From: Macrostomum lignano | Lineage: Eukaryota | Assembly (NCBI GenBank): GCA_002269645.1 | Contig: NIVC01002241.1 | Location: forward strand, 1-64,000 | Direction of reading: 5' to 3' | DNA: 64,000 nucleotides | In this document: piece by piece, positions 25,940-39,600 of the stretch | Position numbering within the stretch: position 1 is the first letter of the stretch | How the letters are laid out: the number at the start of each line of letters is the position of its first letter | Notes under the pieces: model-generated | Seen by the model: the letters and a program-made list of their open reading frames with translations, nothing else | The model's database searches: none | What the model was told of the DNA's origin: nothing | Made by a program: the position numbers and the translations under genes

Positions 25940-27000
25940 AAAATCAATGTAAACAAATTGAAAATCCTAATGTAAACAAATTGAAAATCCCAATGTAAAC
26001 AAATTGAAAATCCCAATGTAAACAAATTGAAAATCCCAAGTTAAACAAACTGAAATCCCAATGTAAACAATTAGAAAATCTCAATGTAAACAAATTGAAA
26101 ATCCCAGTTTAAACAAATTGAAAATCTCAAGTTAAACAAATTGAAAATCCCAGTTTAAACAAATTGAAAATCCCAGTTTAAACAAATTGAAAATCCCAAT
26201 GTAAACAAATTGAAAATCCCAATGTAAACAAATTGAAAATCCCAGTTTAAACAAATTGAAAATCCCAATGTAAACAAATTTAAAATCCCAATTTAAACAA
26301 ATTAAAATCCCAATGTAAACAAATTGAAAATCCCAATGTAAACAAATTGAAAATCCCAGTTTAAACAAATTGAAAATCTCAAGTTAAACAAATTGAAAAT
26401 CCCAGTTTAAACAAATTGAAAATCCCAATGTAAACAAATTTAAAATCCCAATTTAAACAAATTAAAATCCCAATGTAAACAAATTGATAATCCCAATTTA
26501 AACAAATTAAAAATCCCCAAAAAAATTGAAAATCCTAATTTAAACAAATTAAAAATCCCAATTTGAACAAATTGAAAATCCCAATTTAAACAAATTAAAA
26601 TCCCAATGTAAACAAATTGATAATCCCAATTTAAACAAATTAAAAATCCCCAAAAAAATTGAAAATCCTAATTTAAACAAATTAAAAATCCCAATTTGAA
26701 CAAATTGAAAATCCCAAGTTAAACAAATTGAAAATCCCAGTTTAAACAAATTGAAAATCCCAGTTTAAACAAATTGAAAATCCCAATGTAAACAAATTGA
26801 AAATCCCAATGTAAACAAATTTAAAATCCCAATTTAAACAAATTAAAATCCCAATGTAAACAAATTGATAATCCCAATTTAAACAAATTAAAAATTCCCA
26901 AAAAAATTGAAAATCCTAATTTAAACAAATTAAAAATCCCAATTTGAACAAATTGAAAATCCCAATTTAAACAATTTGAAAATCCTATACAAACTTAAAC
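25940..27000. repeat. AT-rich minisatellite, 23 bp (AAACAAATTGAAAATCCCAATGT)
   Basis: Visible tandem array downstream of the Src stop codon. Confidence 0.95.
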
Positions 27001-27274
27001 CAATTGAAAAATGCCAAGCAGTCGTACCCACTGTATTCAGAAACTCCCAATTAATAAATTGATTTCACTAAGTTAACGCTTTTGTAGGATTTGAAGATTA
27101 GGATTTGAAACCTGCTTCACGGAATTCAAAATTCCGCAGAGAGGGCGATAGAGGCAACAGAGATTGTAAAACTTATTTCTATTTTTAAAAAGCTCTACAA
27201 TGCGCAGCGCTATTGATACTTCAAATCAGCAAGGCTTATAAAAAGTTTTGCATAATATCTGTACATGTGTGGAA

Positions 27275-29989
27275 TTACTTAAACAGACTTCTTCTACCGC
27301 CGCCTCCGCCGCAGGCTCCGCCCCCGCCGCCCACGCACTCGTCATCGTCGGCGTTGAGCATATCCTCGATCCGGGCGTGAATCTCTTCAAAGCTGGGCCG
27401 CCTGTTCTCGTCCGAGTCCCAGCAGAGGCGCATGAGGCGGTAGACAGGGTCCGGACAGCCGGACGGCCGGGGCATCCTGTAGCCGTTCTCAACCTGATGG
27501 AGCACATCCATGTTGCTCATGCCCGGGTACGGCACCCGGCCGTAGGTGAGCAGCTCCATCAGCAGGATGCCGTAAGACCAGACGTCGGATTTGATGGAGA
27601 ACCGGCTGAAATTGGCGGCCTCCGGCGCGGTCCACTTGATCGGGAACCGGGAGCCGTGCCTGGCCTCGTACTCCTGGCCGATTTTCAGCAGTCGGGCCAG
27701 CCCGAAGTCGCAGATCTTCGCCACCCGATTGTCGCCGACTAGAATGTTGCGGGCAGCCAGGTCTCTGCGGATTGGGGAAGGGGATTATTGGGATTCTGTA
27801 GCTGCTTTGACGCTCCCAGGTTTATGGGATTGCTTGGGATATTTATGGGTGCATGGCATTCTATGGGTGAATGGGATAGATAGGGACGTATGGGATTAAT
27901 ACAGATACATAGGATAAATGTGGATAAATTAACATGCTTGCAATAGGGGATGAGGGATAAATACGAGATTAACGAGTAAGGTAGGGGGTGGATGGGATGA
28001 ATAGGGAATACATGGGATAAATAGGGAATACATGGGATAAATAGGGAATACATGGGATAAATAGAGAATACATGGGATAAATAGGGAATACGTGGGATAA
28101 AAAGGGAACAAATGGGATAAATAGGAAACAAATGGAATAAATAGGTAACACATGGGATAAGTAGGGAACACATGGGATAAATAGGGAATACATGGGATAA
28201 ATAGGGAATACATGGGATAAATAGGGAATGCATGGGATAAATAGGGAATACATGGGATAAATAGGGAATACATGGGATAAATAGGGAATACATGGGATAA
28301 ATAGGGAATACATGGGATAAATAGGGAATACATGGGATAAATAGGGAATACATGGGATAAATAGAGAATACATGGGATAAATAGGGAATACGTGGGATAA
28401 AAAGGGAACAAATGGGATAAATAGGAAACAAATGGAATAAATAGGTAACACATGGGATAAGTAGGGAACACATGGGATAAATAGGGAACATATAGGATAG
28501 ATAGGGAACACACGGGATAAATAAGGGATGTAAACTCTCACCTGTGAATATAGTTCCGGCCCTCCAGATAGGCCATCCCGGCGGCCACCTGCGATCCCAT
28601 GAACAGCAGGTCCTTAACAGCCAGGCTCCGGCCGGCCGGGCCCTGCAAATAATCCAACAGACTGCCGTGCTTCATCAGCTCGGTGACAATGTAGATCGGC
28701 TCATCCTGGGTGCACACGGCGTATAGTTGGATGAGGTTGGGATGACGCAATCGTTTCATAGTCTGCGCCTCGCGTAGGAAATCTTTAGCATCCATAGTGC
28801 CCGGCTTCAGGGTCTTGACGGCCACCCGAGTTGTGCTGTTCCAGACGCCTTCCCACACTTCGCCGAATTGGCCCTGGCCAACCAGATTGCGCAGCTGCAG
28901 CGAAGCCTTGGGAATCTCCCACATGTCCACGGTGTCGTAGGACAGGCCGATCGGCTCGGGGACATTGGACCGAACGCAGGGAGCGACTAGGCGGGTGCAC
29001 AGGCCGTTGGACTCGGCACTGTAGTGCGCGATCAGGTCCGGCACGGTGCGGAATTTCACGTGCCGACTGATGAACAGCAGGCCGCTCTCGTGCCGGCGAA
29101 TCCGGTAGTGCTTCACCACCGAGTGGTCCCGGACGGACAGGGAGTACGCGTGATGCCGCCTGGACGAGCGGTTCTCGCAGTTGCGCACTAGAAATGAGCC
29201 AACTCGATTCTCGGTGCGCAGCAGTAGAATCTGCGCGTCCATGCGCGTTAACTGGCCAAAGAACCAGGGCTCGGAGTCGATAGTCTCGGCCTGGGCTAAG
29301 AAATTCGACGGCACGTAGCCTTGACGACCGGTGGTCAGGCCGCGAGCCATCCACCAGGGCCCCTGGCCGCTGTCCACCACCTCCAGCATCTCGTCTTTGT
29401 TAAATGACAGATCCTCCTCGGTTCGAGCTTCGTAGTTGTACATGGCGACGAATAGGTTGGCTTTGCCAGGGGAAGCCGCCGAAGCCGCCACTGCTGCCGC
29501 CGCCTGCTGTCGAGGGCTGCTCTCGGCTGCGCCAGCTGGAGCTGCCGCCGTTGCCGCAGAAGATGCAGCGGCGACAGCGGAAGGCGCAACGCAGTTTAAA
29601 GCAGAATTATTATTATTGATAAGCCGCTCCTCTGCGCTGCCCAGCAACGACTGGGACGCCTGGTAGGAGGCCCCGACAGGCTCGACGGTGCAGGCAACAG
29701 CCGGGGCCGCCGACATCGACGTGGACGCCGAGACAATGTCTGCCGCATTGTTATTATTGTTGACATTGCTATTGTTATTGTTGACAGCTATGGAGCAGGT
29801 GGCCGAGCTGATCAGCGCTGCTGATGTTGTTCCGCCAGTTGTTGCACCGGCGCTGCTACTACTAGGAGCGGCTGTTACTGCTGCTGTTGCTGCTGATGCT
29901 GCACCAGGGTCGGCAGCCGAAGCCGCTAGCGAAGCTCGGTGACGCGTAGACGAGCGCAACGATTTGAATGGGCGCAATGCGTTGCCCAT
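27275..29989 (-). CDS. Src42A: Src-family non-receptor tyrosine kinase (Src42A/FRK-like; SH3-SH2-kinase), 645 aa
   Basis: Exons 29989-28542 and 27764-27275, with the intron splitting HR|DLAARN. Motifs include MGNAL, SH3 [25 protein letters not shown]2 [36 protein letters not shown] and FPIKWTAPE. Confidence 0.93.
27900..28530. repeat. Minisatellite, 20 bp (ATAGGGAATACATGGGATAA), with a 300-bp internal duplication
   Basis: Fills the Src intron; the variant block at 28061 recurs at 28361. Confidence 0.95.
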
Positions 29990-30756
29990 GGTTAGGAGCA
30001 GAGAAGAAAGCAACAACAGAGAGAGAGTAGGGAGACTGAGAAGCAGGCGATAAACTATGGCCGGCGGCGCTGGCTGCTGCGCATTTCGGCGATTTGGCTG
30101 CAAATGTCAACAAAACAAAATTGCAGTTAAAAAAAAAACAGCACAAAAGCTTCAAGATGGGCTGGAGAGAGGATTAAATATAGGGGGAGAGGATGGGATG
30201 GCATTGCTGCGGAATGGGTTTGTAGCAGCAGTATGCAGTAGTAAAAGGAAATCGGAGAACAAAGAAGCCAAAATACACCTCAAAAACCGCGCGTCCACCA
30301 ACCCCCTCTCTCTCTGTCCTCTCGATCCAATAAGCTAAAATCTATATAGCAGAAAGACTGCCAGTGCAATGCGTTCACCATGGGCGGGGTTGGGGGTTGG
30401 GAAGGACAGGAGGGAGGGCGGGAGAGACAGTACAGGAACCGAGGATGGTACCGGAGGGTCTTGGGGACCTGAAATTGGGGCGATCGGGGCAGTGGAGGAA
30501 GGGGAGAAATATGTGGTGAGGAACCGGACAGGGGTGTGCGGGGTGGGGTGGGGCTGATAGCCAGCTCAACACAGCGCTGTACACACAGCAATCGGCGGCG
30601 GCAGCAGCAAGCAAAGAAGACCACGGGAAACTTTATACTTCGGCTTATATTGGTTGGCCGAAACAGGAGGGCTTGAGGGAGCCGGACAGCGTACGCTTGC
30701 AGCGCACAAAGAAGGCGGGAGGCGAATGTTTCTAAAATTGCGCGTACCTTTTATAA

Positions 30757-30866
30757 TCCTACTAAACTAATGGGGCCGATTGCTGCTTTCTGCTTGTGAG
30801 ACAAGTGGCAAGAGTGACAACATACCGTATAACTCGTGTATAGTAAAAATGGTTTGTCTCTATCTA

Positions 30867-30947
<81 letters not shown>

Positions 30948-31650
30948 ATATCTATCTATCTATCTATCTGTCTGTCTATCTATCTATCTATCTATCTGTC
31001 TGTCTATCTATCTATCTATCTATCCCTCTATCTATCTATCTATCTATCCATCTATTTATCTATCTATCTATCCACCTACCCATCTATCTATCTTTCTATC
31101 TATTTATCTAACCATCTATCTATCTATCTATCTGTCTATCTGTCTGTATATCTATCTATCTATCTATCTGTCTATCTGTCTGTATATCTATCTATCTATC
31201 TATCTGTCTATCTGTCTGTATATCTATCTATCTATCTATCTGTCTGTCTATCTATCTATCTATCTATCCCTCTATCTATCTATCTATCTATCCATCTATT
31301 TATCTATCTATCTATCCACCTACCCATCTATCTATCTTTCTATCTATTTATCTAACCATCTATCTATCTATCTTTCTTTCTATCTATCTCCGATTGATTT
31401 CAGAAAAAACGGCCCAACCGATTTTCATGAAACTTGCACTGTTAGATCATTCGACATCTTCCGTGACAGTACATGTATCGTGGCTAAGAAATTGCTTAAT
31501 GCTAAAGAGATTAAATATTTTTCATCTAATTTCCCGCTAGGATCGCGCCCTGTAGTATACTTACTTGGACTGATGAATGTAAAGAAATAAAAATCAATGC
31601 GAAGGGGAGAGAGTGAAGAGCAGGGCAAGTTCTATATTTAGTAACCCTAG
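30757..31650 (+). mobile_element. Possible non-autonomous Helitron/DINE-like element carrying a (TCTG/TCTA)n tract
   Basis: Starts A|TCCTACTAAACTAAT, contains a microsatellite, then AACCGATTTTCATGAAACTT (31416-31435), a layout recalled from non-autonomous Helitron-related repeats. The 3' terminus is degenerate. Confidence 0.3.
30860..31390. repeat. (TCTG)n/(TCTA)n microsatellite
   Basis: Directly visible. Confidence 0.97.
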
Positions 31651-34600
31651 AACTATGACGACACGAGGGGAGGCAGACGAGGGCTGCTCAGGGCTCGGAG
31701 ATGGCGGAAAGCAGACAGGAGAGGAGAAGAGGGATACGGGGGGATGAGGGGCTCAGACTGCACAGCGGAAAGTGCAAGTGCAGACAAGCGAGACTGGGAG
31801 CTGGACTGGAAGGATTTCATGGGAGAAATCAGTCTAGCGATTTCTGCTTCTGCAGGGAGCAATGCAATGCTTACAAATCAGCTGCCTAGCGCCGCACATT
31901 AATCAGTTGGCAGGAGGGCATCCCCGAAAAAGTGGCCAAAACTCACTCATCTCAGGCGATGAGAAACAGCTTTATCAATTCTTCTAATTTGCATTTTCAA
32001 ACCCGCTTCCCTTCCTTTTCTCGCGCGCGCACAGAGAGTTGGTTAAGTCTGTATAGACAGGCAGACAATATGAAAGCTTCTGAGCAGAGATGATGAGGCC
32101 AAGATGCTGAGTGCTCTCCTACTATTAGATGCTACACTCTCAAACACTTCTGGGGAAAAAAATCCCAAGAGAGGAAATCCCCTCTTCCACCCATATAGCT
32201 AGCTCACAGAACTTCACTGGACTGTGAATGCCGCATTAATAATTAATAAGCTCAAACCCCGAGCAGATATTCTCTGCCTACTTATAGCCACTTAGCTAAT
32301 TAGTCTTGCGAAACCTGAGGAAAAATGAGAAACCCTAAAAAAAACAATAAAAACTCAGTGTAAATGATTGATTTTTGACTGCCAGAAGTATGTTTAACTG
32401 GGACAGACTGCAACAGAGCGTTAAGCCACAGGGTAGTTAGTCATCATAATTCCATTCCTATTCAGCAATGTTGATAAGCATCTAAGAGAGAGACAAAAAC
32501 TGAGTAAAAATCTCTCTGACCTGACCTGGCGCGAGAAATCCCCTCAGGGGGAAAACTGGGAGAGACGGCGCGTGGACCGATTATGTAACACGGGAATTTA
32601 TTATAATTCGTCGCTCACTTCCTGTTACCCAGAACCTCTCTCTCTCCACAAGTTTCTTTGTCCCAAAGCCGTTCCATAGCTAATGCTTCGCTTCACATCT
32701 CTCGCGGCTGGATGGGGTTGGGGCAGCGTTCTAGGGTTTCAAATCGGCACCCCAAAGCTTCGGCCTCATCATAATCCTGTCGTCCTAAAGCTTGGCCATC
32801 AGAGGAAGTGGGGGGGTAGTGTGGGAGAGACTGGCTCATTTTAGCCCAGCGGCGGCAGCAGCAGCAGCAGGTCATCAACATCATCATTATTTCTCCCTTA
32901 GATATCCCCGCCTGTCTCCTTCCCACTCGTCTTTCCCAATCGCCAATAGGGAGGCTAATTCGTCACGCAAACCCCGAGTTTGACGAGAGAAGTGGCCCAG
33001 CTAAAGAAGAGAGGAAAAAGCAGTCAGTCAGCTTTAAAAAGGAAATAAAACTGAAGAAAGCGTAGGCTGGCTGGCTTAGGCTAGGGAAGGGATTTACAAA
33101 GACACAAGTTACCCCAGCCAAGCCAGCCAGATGACCTCGCCTCCCCCCACACCCAACCCTGCAGGAGTGAGGGAGAGAGTTAGGGAAGAATTAAGATAAG
33201 TTATGCGACTATAAAGGCCAAGGCAGACAGGAGGATCCAGTGCAGTGACTAAACAAACAAGAGCGTGGAAACAGGGGCTGAGAGAGAGAGAGAGCGGAAT
33301 TATAGTTTTTAGACATAGCGCACACACGTGACAGGTCAGCGCCAGTTTGGAAACACAATACTCCGATAAGGTAGAGAATCCGTCATATCTACAGAGAGCT
33401 GCAGAAGTAGAAAGGGAGGGAAATCTGGAACTAAAACAGCGGGGGAGCAGCGGGCGGAGAGGGGTTGCTGCTGGGAAGACCTGGCGCCTGAAAAAAAGAA
33501 GGGAGAAAAACGCAAGCAGTCAGCGAAAGGTCCCAAAACACACACACACACAAGGCGGGCATTTACACATAACGATCCGCCTTTTTAAGCATTCCACCTC
33601 CCCTTCCTCTTTTGCCGCGCCTTCCGCCACGCCCCAGTTGAAAATTCCCCCAAGCCAGATGAATGAATCATCGGGGTCTCATTGTCACAGCACACTAGAG
33701 TTAGCTGTTGGGACGGGGGGTGAAAAGGCGGCAGCCACATAAGTCAGTCGGGGGGGGGGGCTCGCCCTGAAAACCTTCCCGTGGACGGACTCCCCTTTTA
33801 TAACAAATCAAACAACTCCCTAATCTTGCTGACGAAGGCTTCCTAATATTTGCTAACCAACCCCGAGCTCTGGCAGTGCCTACACTTATACACCCACACA
33901 CAAATAGGTACGAAGATCCTGGAGACTCTTTCTTTAGTAGCAATTTTTCCCACTGGGAGATTCATCCCCTATCCAACCCCAATCCCGCGCTAGCCTTTCT
34001 TTCATCCTATTTGATTAGTATTCCCAGCCCGCTAGGCCAGATGTTTAGTCTCTAGAGCCGCTTATAAGCCCTTGGCACCAGAAAGACAGGAAGGGACAGG
34101 GAAGAGAGGGGAGGGACCCCTATTGGCAAGTGACTCGGCTAAAACCATTTGGGACGGAGCCGAAGCATAATTTATGGCTGCAATTTTTTTTGGCACTCTT
34201 TGTTCTCTCACCAGGTTTGGCAGCGGCTGCGAATTACTAAAAGAAGAGAATAAATTTGAGGGCCGCAACAAACACTTTGCAGCATTGCACTGACGTGCCA
34301 ATTCAACAACTCTTAGTACTAATAATAACTTAGTTGGGCTGATCAATCGATTCAATTTAGGACAAGCATGACTCATACGGTGCCAACTTTTCAGCTGGTA
34401 CGCAGTTCAAAGCCTGCGATATTATTAAACTACTGAAAGTAGCTATAAAAGTACAAAAAGGAGGTAAATTGCTAAATTTTATAAGCTAATAAGGCAAGCT
34501 TAAAGAATAAAAAACTTCGTCATAAACCAGCATTATGGAGTCGTTCTTCTAATAAAGCAATAAATGCCGCCAAAAGCTGTTCTCCCCAGATTTTTCCGTT

Positions 34601-35007
34601 TCTAAACAGAAATACAATTTTTCGAAGAGCGTTTGTCGGATTACAACACAGCTGAAAAAATACGTGCAGAAGGCAGACAAGACGCTGCGGACACGGAAAT
34701 GCTATTCGGGTGCGAACTAACAAAGCCAATCTGCTGGGGAAAAACAGCATGCAGTCTGTATATAATAGATGGGGCCAGCCAGCAACAGGGCAAGAAGATT
34801 AGGAAGAAGAAAGTTCAGTCGCCGGAACCAGACTCTGTAAATTCTTTGAAAGATCGAATTGATAAAAAAGTTTACCGCGAGGAAAAACTGGGGGGGGGCT
34901 GCACCCAAGGAGATTTTCAAATAGAGTCTGGAACAGACAAAACCCACCAACTGTTGACGCAGAGATTGATGACTGATCAATGATAGATATAATTCATAAT
35001 ATAATGT

Positions 35008-35300
35008 TAATAATAATAATTAATTTTACCTGCCCTGATGGACAGATGTGCAACCGACAGCTCAGCCGCAGCTATTGCGCGGTGCATCTGAAGGCTGCGT
35101 ACGGCTGTTCAGTCTAAAGGGGTCGCCACACACAGCCTCAATTACCCCAGCTAATGCTGGCACCCATTTTACAGCTCGGTGAACTGAAGCAATGCAGAGT
35201 TAAGTGTCTTGCTCAAGGACACAAATTGTTCCGAGTGGTTCCGGGAATCGAACCCCCCACCTGCCAGTTGAGCCCGACGCTCTAACCAAAAGCCTACAAA
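35008..35300 (-). mobile_element. tRNA-derived SINE with a CORE/MIR-like central domain
   Basis: On the minus strand: A-box-like TGGTTAGAGC, B-box GGTTCGATTCCC, then TGTGTCCTTGAGCAAGACACTTAAC...CTGTAAAATGGG, and an (ATT)n tail. Confidence 0.75.
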
Positions 35301-36184
35301 CCCAAGTTCTGGATCATGGCCATCCCTGTGACACCCATCGCACGAGATCTCTACCCCTTGTAAGCACTGGAAACTTTAAACTGCCCACACAGTGTGGCGG
35401 TGAATGTCTCTAAAAAATAGTGCGATTCGAAATAGCGGCCTCCTTAATCCCTTAATCCCCCCATAGGCTTTCCTCCTACCCGCTGCAGCTTGTCAGCGGG
35501 AGGTCCGCCCCGGCCAGACAGGCGCTTGATGAATGACACTCCTGGCGGAGGCGGGAGGGAACACAGATCTCCCAGAAAATCTACCAGCTAACGATCCACC
35601 TGAAATCCTAATTCAAGAATTGTTCTTCATCAGGCCAGCTGCAGGATCTATATACAGAGAAAAATGTTTAACCAGATTCGCCCAGCTCCGGTGCAAAAGT
35701 AAAAATATTCAGCGATAAAATCTGTCAGACTTTGAAAGCCTAGCCAACTAAACCTGTCTTTAATAATGCTGCCTAAAGTTTGAATAAAATGTAAAAAAAA
35801 TCGACAAAAAACGGACAGCTATTTCCACTTGATAAACGAATACGGCCTTATATTTATTATAACAAACTATTAAGTTAATTTTCTAAGAAAACAGCATCGT
35901 ACGATTTTAAAAGTACGTCCGAAATGCAGCGGATTCAACGCACACAAAACTAGTCAAAATTGTTTTTTTACTTTCAGCATCCCAGCGTCATCCACCTTCT
36001 AATGCTAACATTTGCATCCTAGTAGCATGGTAGAAATGACTGCGAGAATAAAATACGACAGTATTTGTACTATTAATATACTATTAAATAAACTGAGTTA
36101 AGTTTACGACGTATAGTTATTATTACGGGCATTCCTGTGGTTATCAGACCCTATAGCTATTATTATTGCTATCAATATTACTTT

Positions 36185-36615
36185 AATAATAAATAATAAT
36201 AATAACAATCATTATAATCACTATCATCATCATTATTATTAGTATCATCATCATAATAATCATCACGATCATCATCATTATCATCGTTATCATCATCTTC
36301 ATCATAATCCCCATTATTATCATTATTATTTTTATTACCATCATTATCATCATAATCATCACTATTATCAATATTATCATCAATATTATCAACATAATCA
36401 TCATTACTATAATCATTATCATTATAATCATCATTACTATAATCATTATCATCATAATCATAATTATTATCATCATAATCATCATTATTATCATTATTAT
36501 CATTATTATCATCATTATAATCACAATCATCATCATTATCATCATAATCATTATTATTATCATCATTATAATCACAATCATCATCATTCTCATCATTATC
36601 ACCATCATCACCATT
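36185..36615. repeat. (ATC/ATT)n trinucleotide tract just 3' of the DHX9 stop
   Basis: Directly visible. Confidence 0.95.
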
Positions 36616-36663
36616 ATCAGCAGCAGCTCGTGGATGATATATGCAAATTCGCTTTCCTCATCA

Positions 36664-39600
36664 TCATCTGGGACCATAATAAGGCGGACGACCGAAGCCG
36701 CCGCCACGGCCGAAGCCACCGCCACGGCCGAAGCCGCCGCCGAAACGTGGCTGCCGCTGTTGGTACTGCGGCAGCGGGCTGCCGAACCGGCCGCCGGCTC
36801 CGCCGAAGAAGCCCGGCTGTCGCTGCTGTTGACTCGTCGGCTGAGGCGTCCAGCCGCGGCCTATCACAGCGCCTGGCGGAGGCGGCGGTCCACGAGGCGA
36901 AAACTGCAGCTGCTGCTGCTGCTGCTGCTGAAGCTGACCGCCAGCAGGTCTAAATCGCTTATAAGGCGGCTGATTTAACTGATCGCTACTACTAGCAGTA
37001 GCAGCGGAAGGATCTTCGCTTTCTTTGCCGCCGCTAGCAACGCCGCTAGCAACGCCGCTAGCAACGCCGCATTCGGCCGCATTGAAGCGGCTCAACGAGC
37101 GAAACATATCGCTAAGCCGTTTGTCCCGCTCGTCGGGCGCCGTAGTGGCAATCACCGATTCGGGCTGCAGACAGGCTTTCACTAGCAGGGCCTCCAAGGC
37201 TGGCCGAAGGCTGAGCAGCTTGGCAGCCGTATCGAAGTCAACCTGAAGGCCGATCCAATCGTCTAGGAGGACCCGGCCGCCAGTCCAGACGGCTTTGCGA
37301 GCGCCGAACACAAGGTATTGGAGCGGCGTGACGTTGGACAGCTGCTTGCAGGACACCGCCCTGGTGCGCAGCTTCTCCCCGAACACAAATAGAGGCGACG
37401 GGAAGTGCAGATCGGGGAAATTGCTGGCCACTACGGAGGATTTGTGGACAAGCGCGGCGCGACCTTCAGCTGTTATTACCTGCGCATTGTTTGATAAGGC
37501 CGCATTAAATGAAAATTATTACGATATGAGATGTACAGAGGTGGAAAAGCTAACGATTTATGGGCCGATATGGAAAATAGGAATAATGTGGGGAAGAAAG
37601 GACAGTGAATGGGGAAGATAAGCGATTGGGAAGATAGTGGATGGGGAAGATAAGCGATTCGGAAGATAGTGGATGGGGAAGATAAGCGATTCGGAAGATA
37701 GTGGATGGGGAAAATAGTGGATGGGGAAAATAGTGGATGGGAAGATAGTGAATAAGGAAGATAAGACATTGGGAAGATAGTGAATGGGGAAGATAGTGGA
37801 TGGGGAAGATAAGCGATTCGGAAGATAGTGGATGGGGAAGATAGTGAATAGGGAAGATAAGACATTGGGAAGATAGTGAATGGGGAAGATAGTGGATGGG
37901 AAGATAGTGGATGGGAAAGATAGTGAATGTGGAAGATAGTGAATAGGGAAGATAAGACATTGGGAAGATAGTGAATGGGGAAGATAGTGAATAGGGAAGA
38001 TAGTGAATAGGGAAGATAGTGAATAGGGAAGATAAGACATTGGGAAGATAGTGAATAGGGAAGATAAGACATTGGGAAGATAGTGAATAGGGAAGATAAG
38101 ACATTGGGAAGATAGTGAATAGGGAAGATAGTGAATAGGGAAGATAGTGAATAGGGAAGATAGTGAATAGGGAAGATAGGACATTCGGAAGATAGTGGAT
38201 GGGGAAGATAGTGAATGGGGAAGATAGTGAATAGGGAAGATAGTGAATAGGGAAGATAGTGAATAGGGAAGATAGTGAATGGGGAAGATAGTGAATAGGG
38301 AAGATAAGACATTGGGAAGATAGTGAATGGGGAAGATAGTGAATAGGGAAGATAAGACATTGGGAAGATAGTGAATGGGGAAGATAGTGGATGGGAAGAT
38401 AGTGGATGGGAAAGATAGTGAATGTGGAAGATAGTGGATGGGGAAGATAGTGGATGGGGAAGATAGTGAATAGGGAAGATAAGACATTGGGAAGATAGTG
38501 AATGGGGAAGATAGTGAATAGGGAAGATAGTGAATAGGGAAGATAGTGAATAGGGAAGATAGTGAATAGGGAAGATAGTGAATAGGGAAGATAGTGAATA
38601 GGGAAGATAGTGAATAGGGAAGATAGTGAATAGGGAAGATAAGACATTGGGAAGATAGTGAATGGGGAAGATAGTGAATAGGGAAGATAGTGAATGGGGA
38701 AGATAGTGGATGGGAAGATAGTGAATTGGGAAGATAGTGAATAGGGAAGATAAGACATTGGGAAGATAGTGAATGGGGAAGATAGTGGATGGGAAGATAG
38801 TGGATGGGAAAGATAGTGAATGGGGAAGATAGTGGATGGGGAAGATAGTGGATGGGGAAGATAGTGGATGGGGAAGATAGTGAATGGGGAAGATAGTGAA
38901 TTGGGAAGATAAGACATTGGGAAGATAGTGAATGGGGAAGATAGTGGATGGGAAGATAGTGGATGGGAAAGATAGTGAATGGGGAAGATAGTGGATGGGA
39001 AGATAGTGAATGGGGAAGATAGTGGATGGGAAGATAGTGGATGGGAAAGATAGTGAATGGGGAAGATAGTGGATGGGAAGATAGTGGATGGGGAAGATAG
39101 TGGATGGGGAAGATAGTGAATGGGGAAGATAGTGAATAGGGAAGATAAGACATTGGGAAGATAGTGAATGGGGAAGATAGTGGATGGGAAGATAGTGGAT
39201 GGGGAAGATAGTGGATGGGGAAGATAGTGAATGGGGAAGATAGGGGATGGGTAAGACAAGCGCTGGAGAATTCAGAGAAAAAATAAATCAATAAATATCT
39301 GGAATAGGTGACATGAAACCGGTAAAGATTCGATACAGTTTGAAGATACGCACTGGGATCGAAGGACAGTTTTTGAAGGGAAAATAAATTCATTATATGC
39401 GCGTACCTTCCGCTTTTCCTTGTGATAGCAGACATTGGGACTCAGGCCCAGAGTGATCAGGCTGACCAAAGCGCCCCAGTCGTCGAATCCTTCCCCGCCA
39501 ACTGTATCAGCGGCTGCCGGACCTTCGGGCCCGTCAATCTCGTGATCGCCAACAAAACCGGACGAGTGCAGAATGCCCAACAATTGATTGCGCGCTTCCA

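Noticed and set aside
31650-35000. Region upstream of Src searched for RNA genes or ORFs
   Set aside because: Only short spurious ORFs. No tRNA, rRNA or snRNA signature was recognisable.
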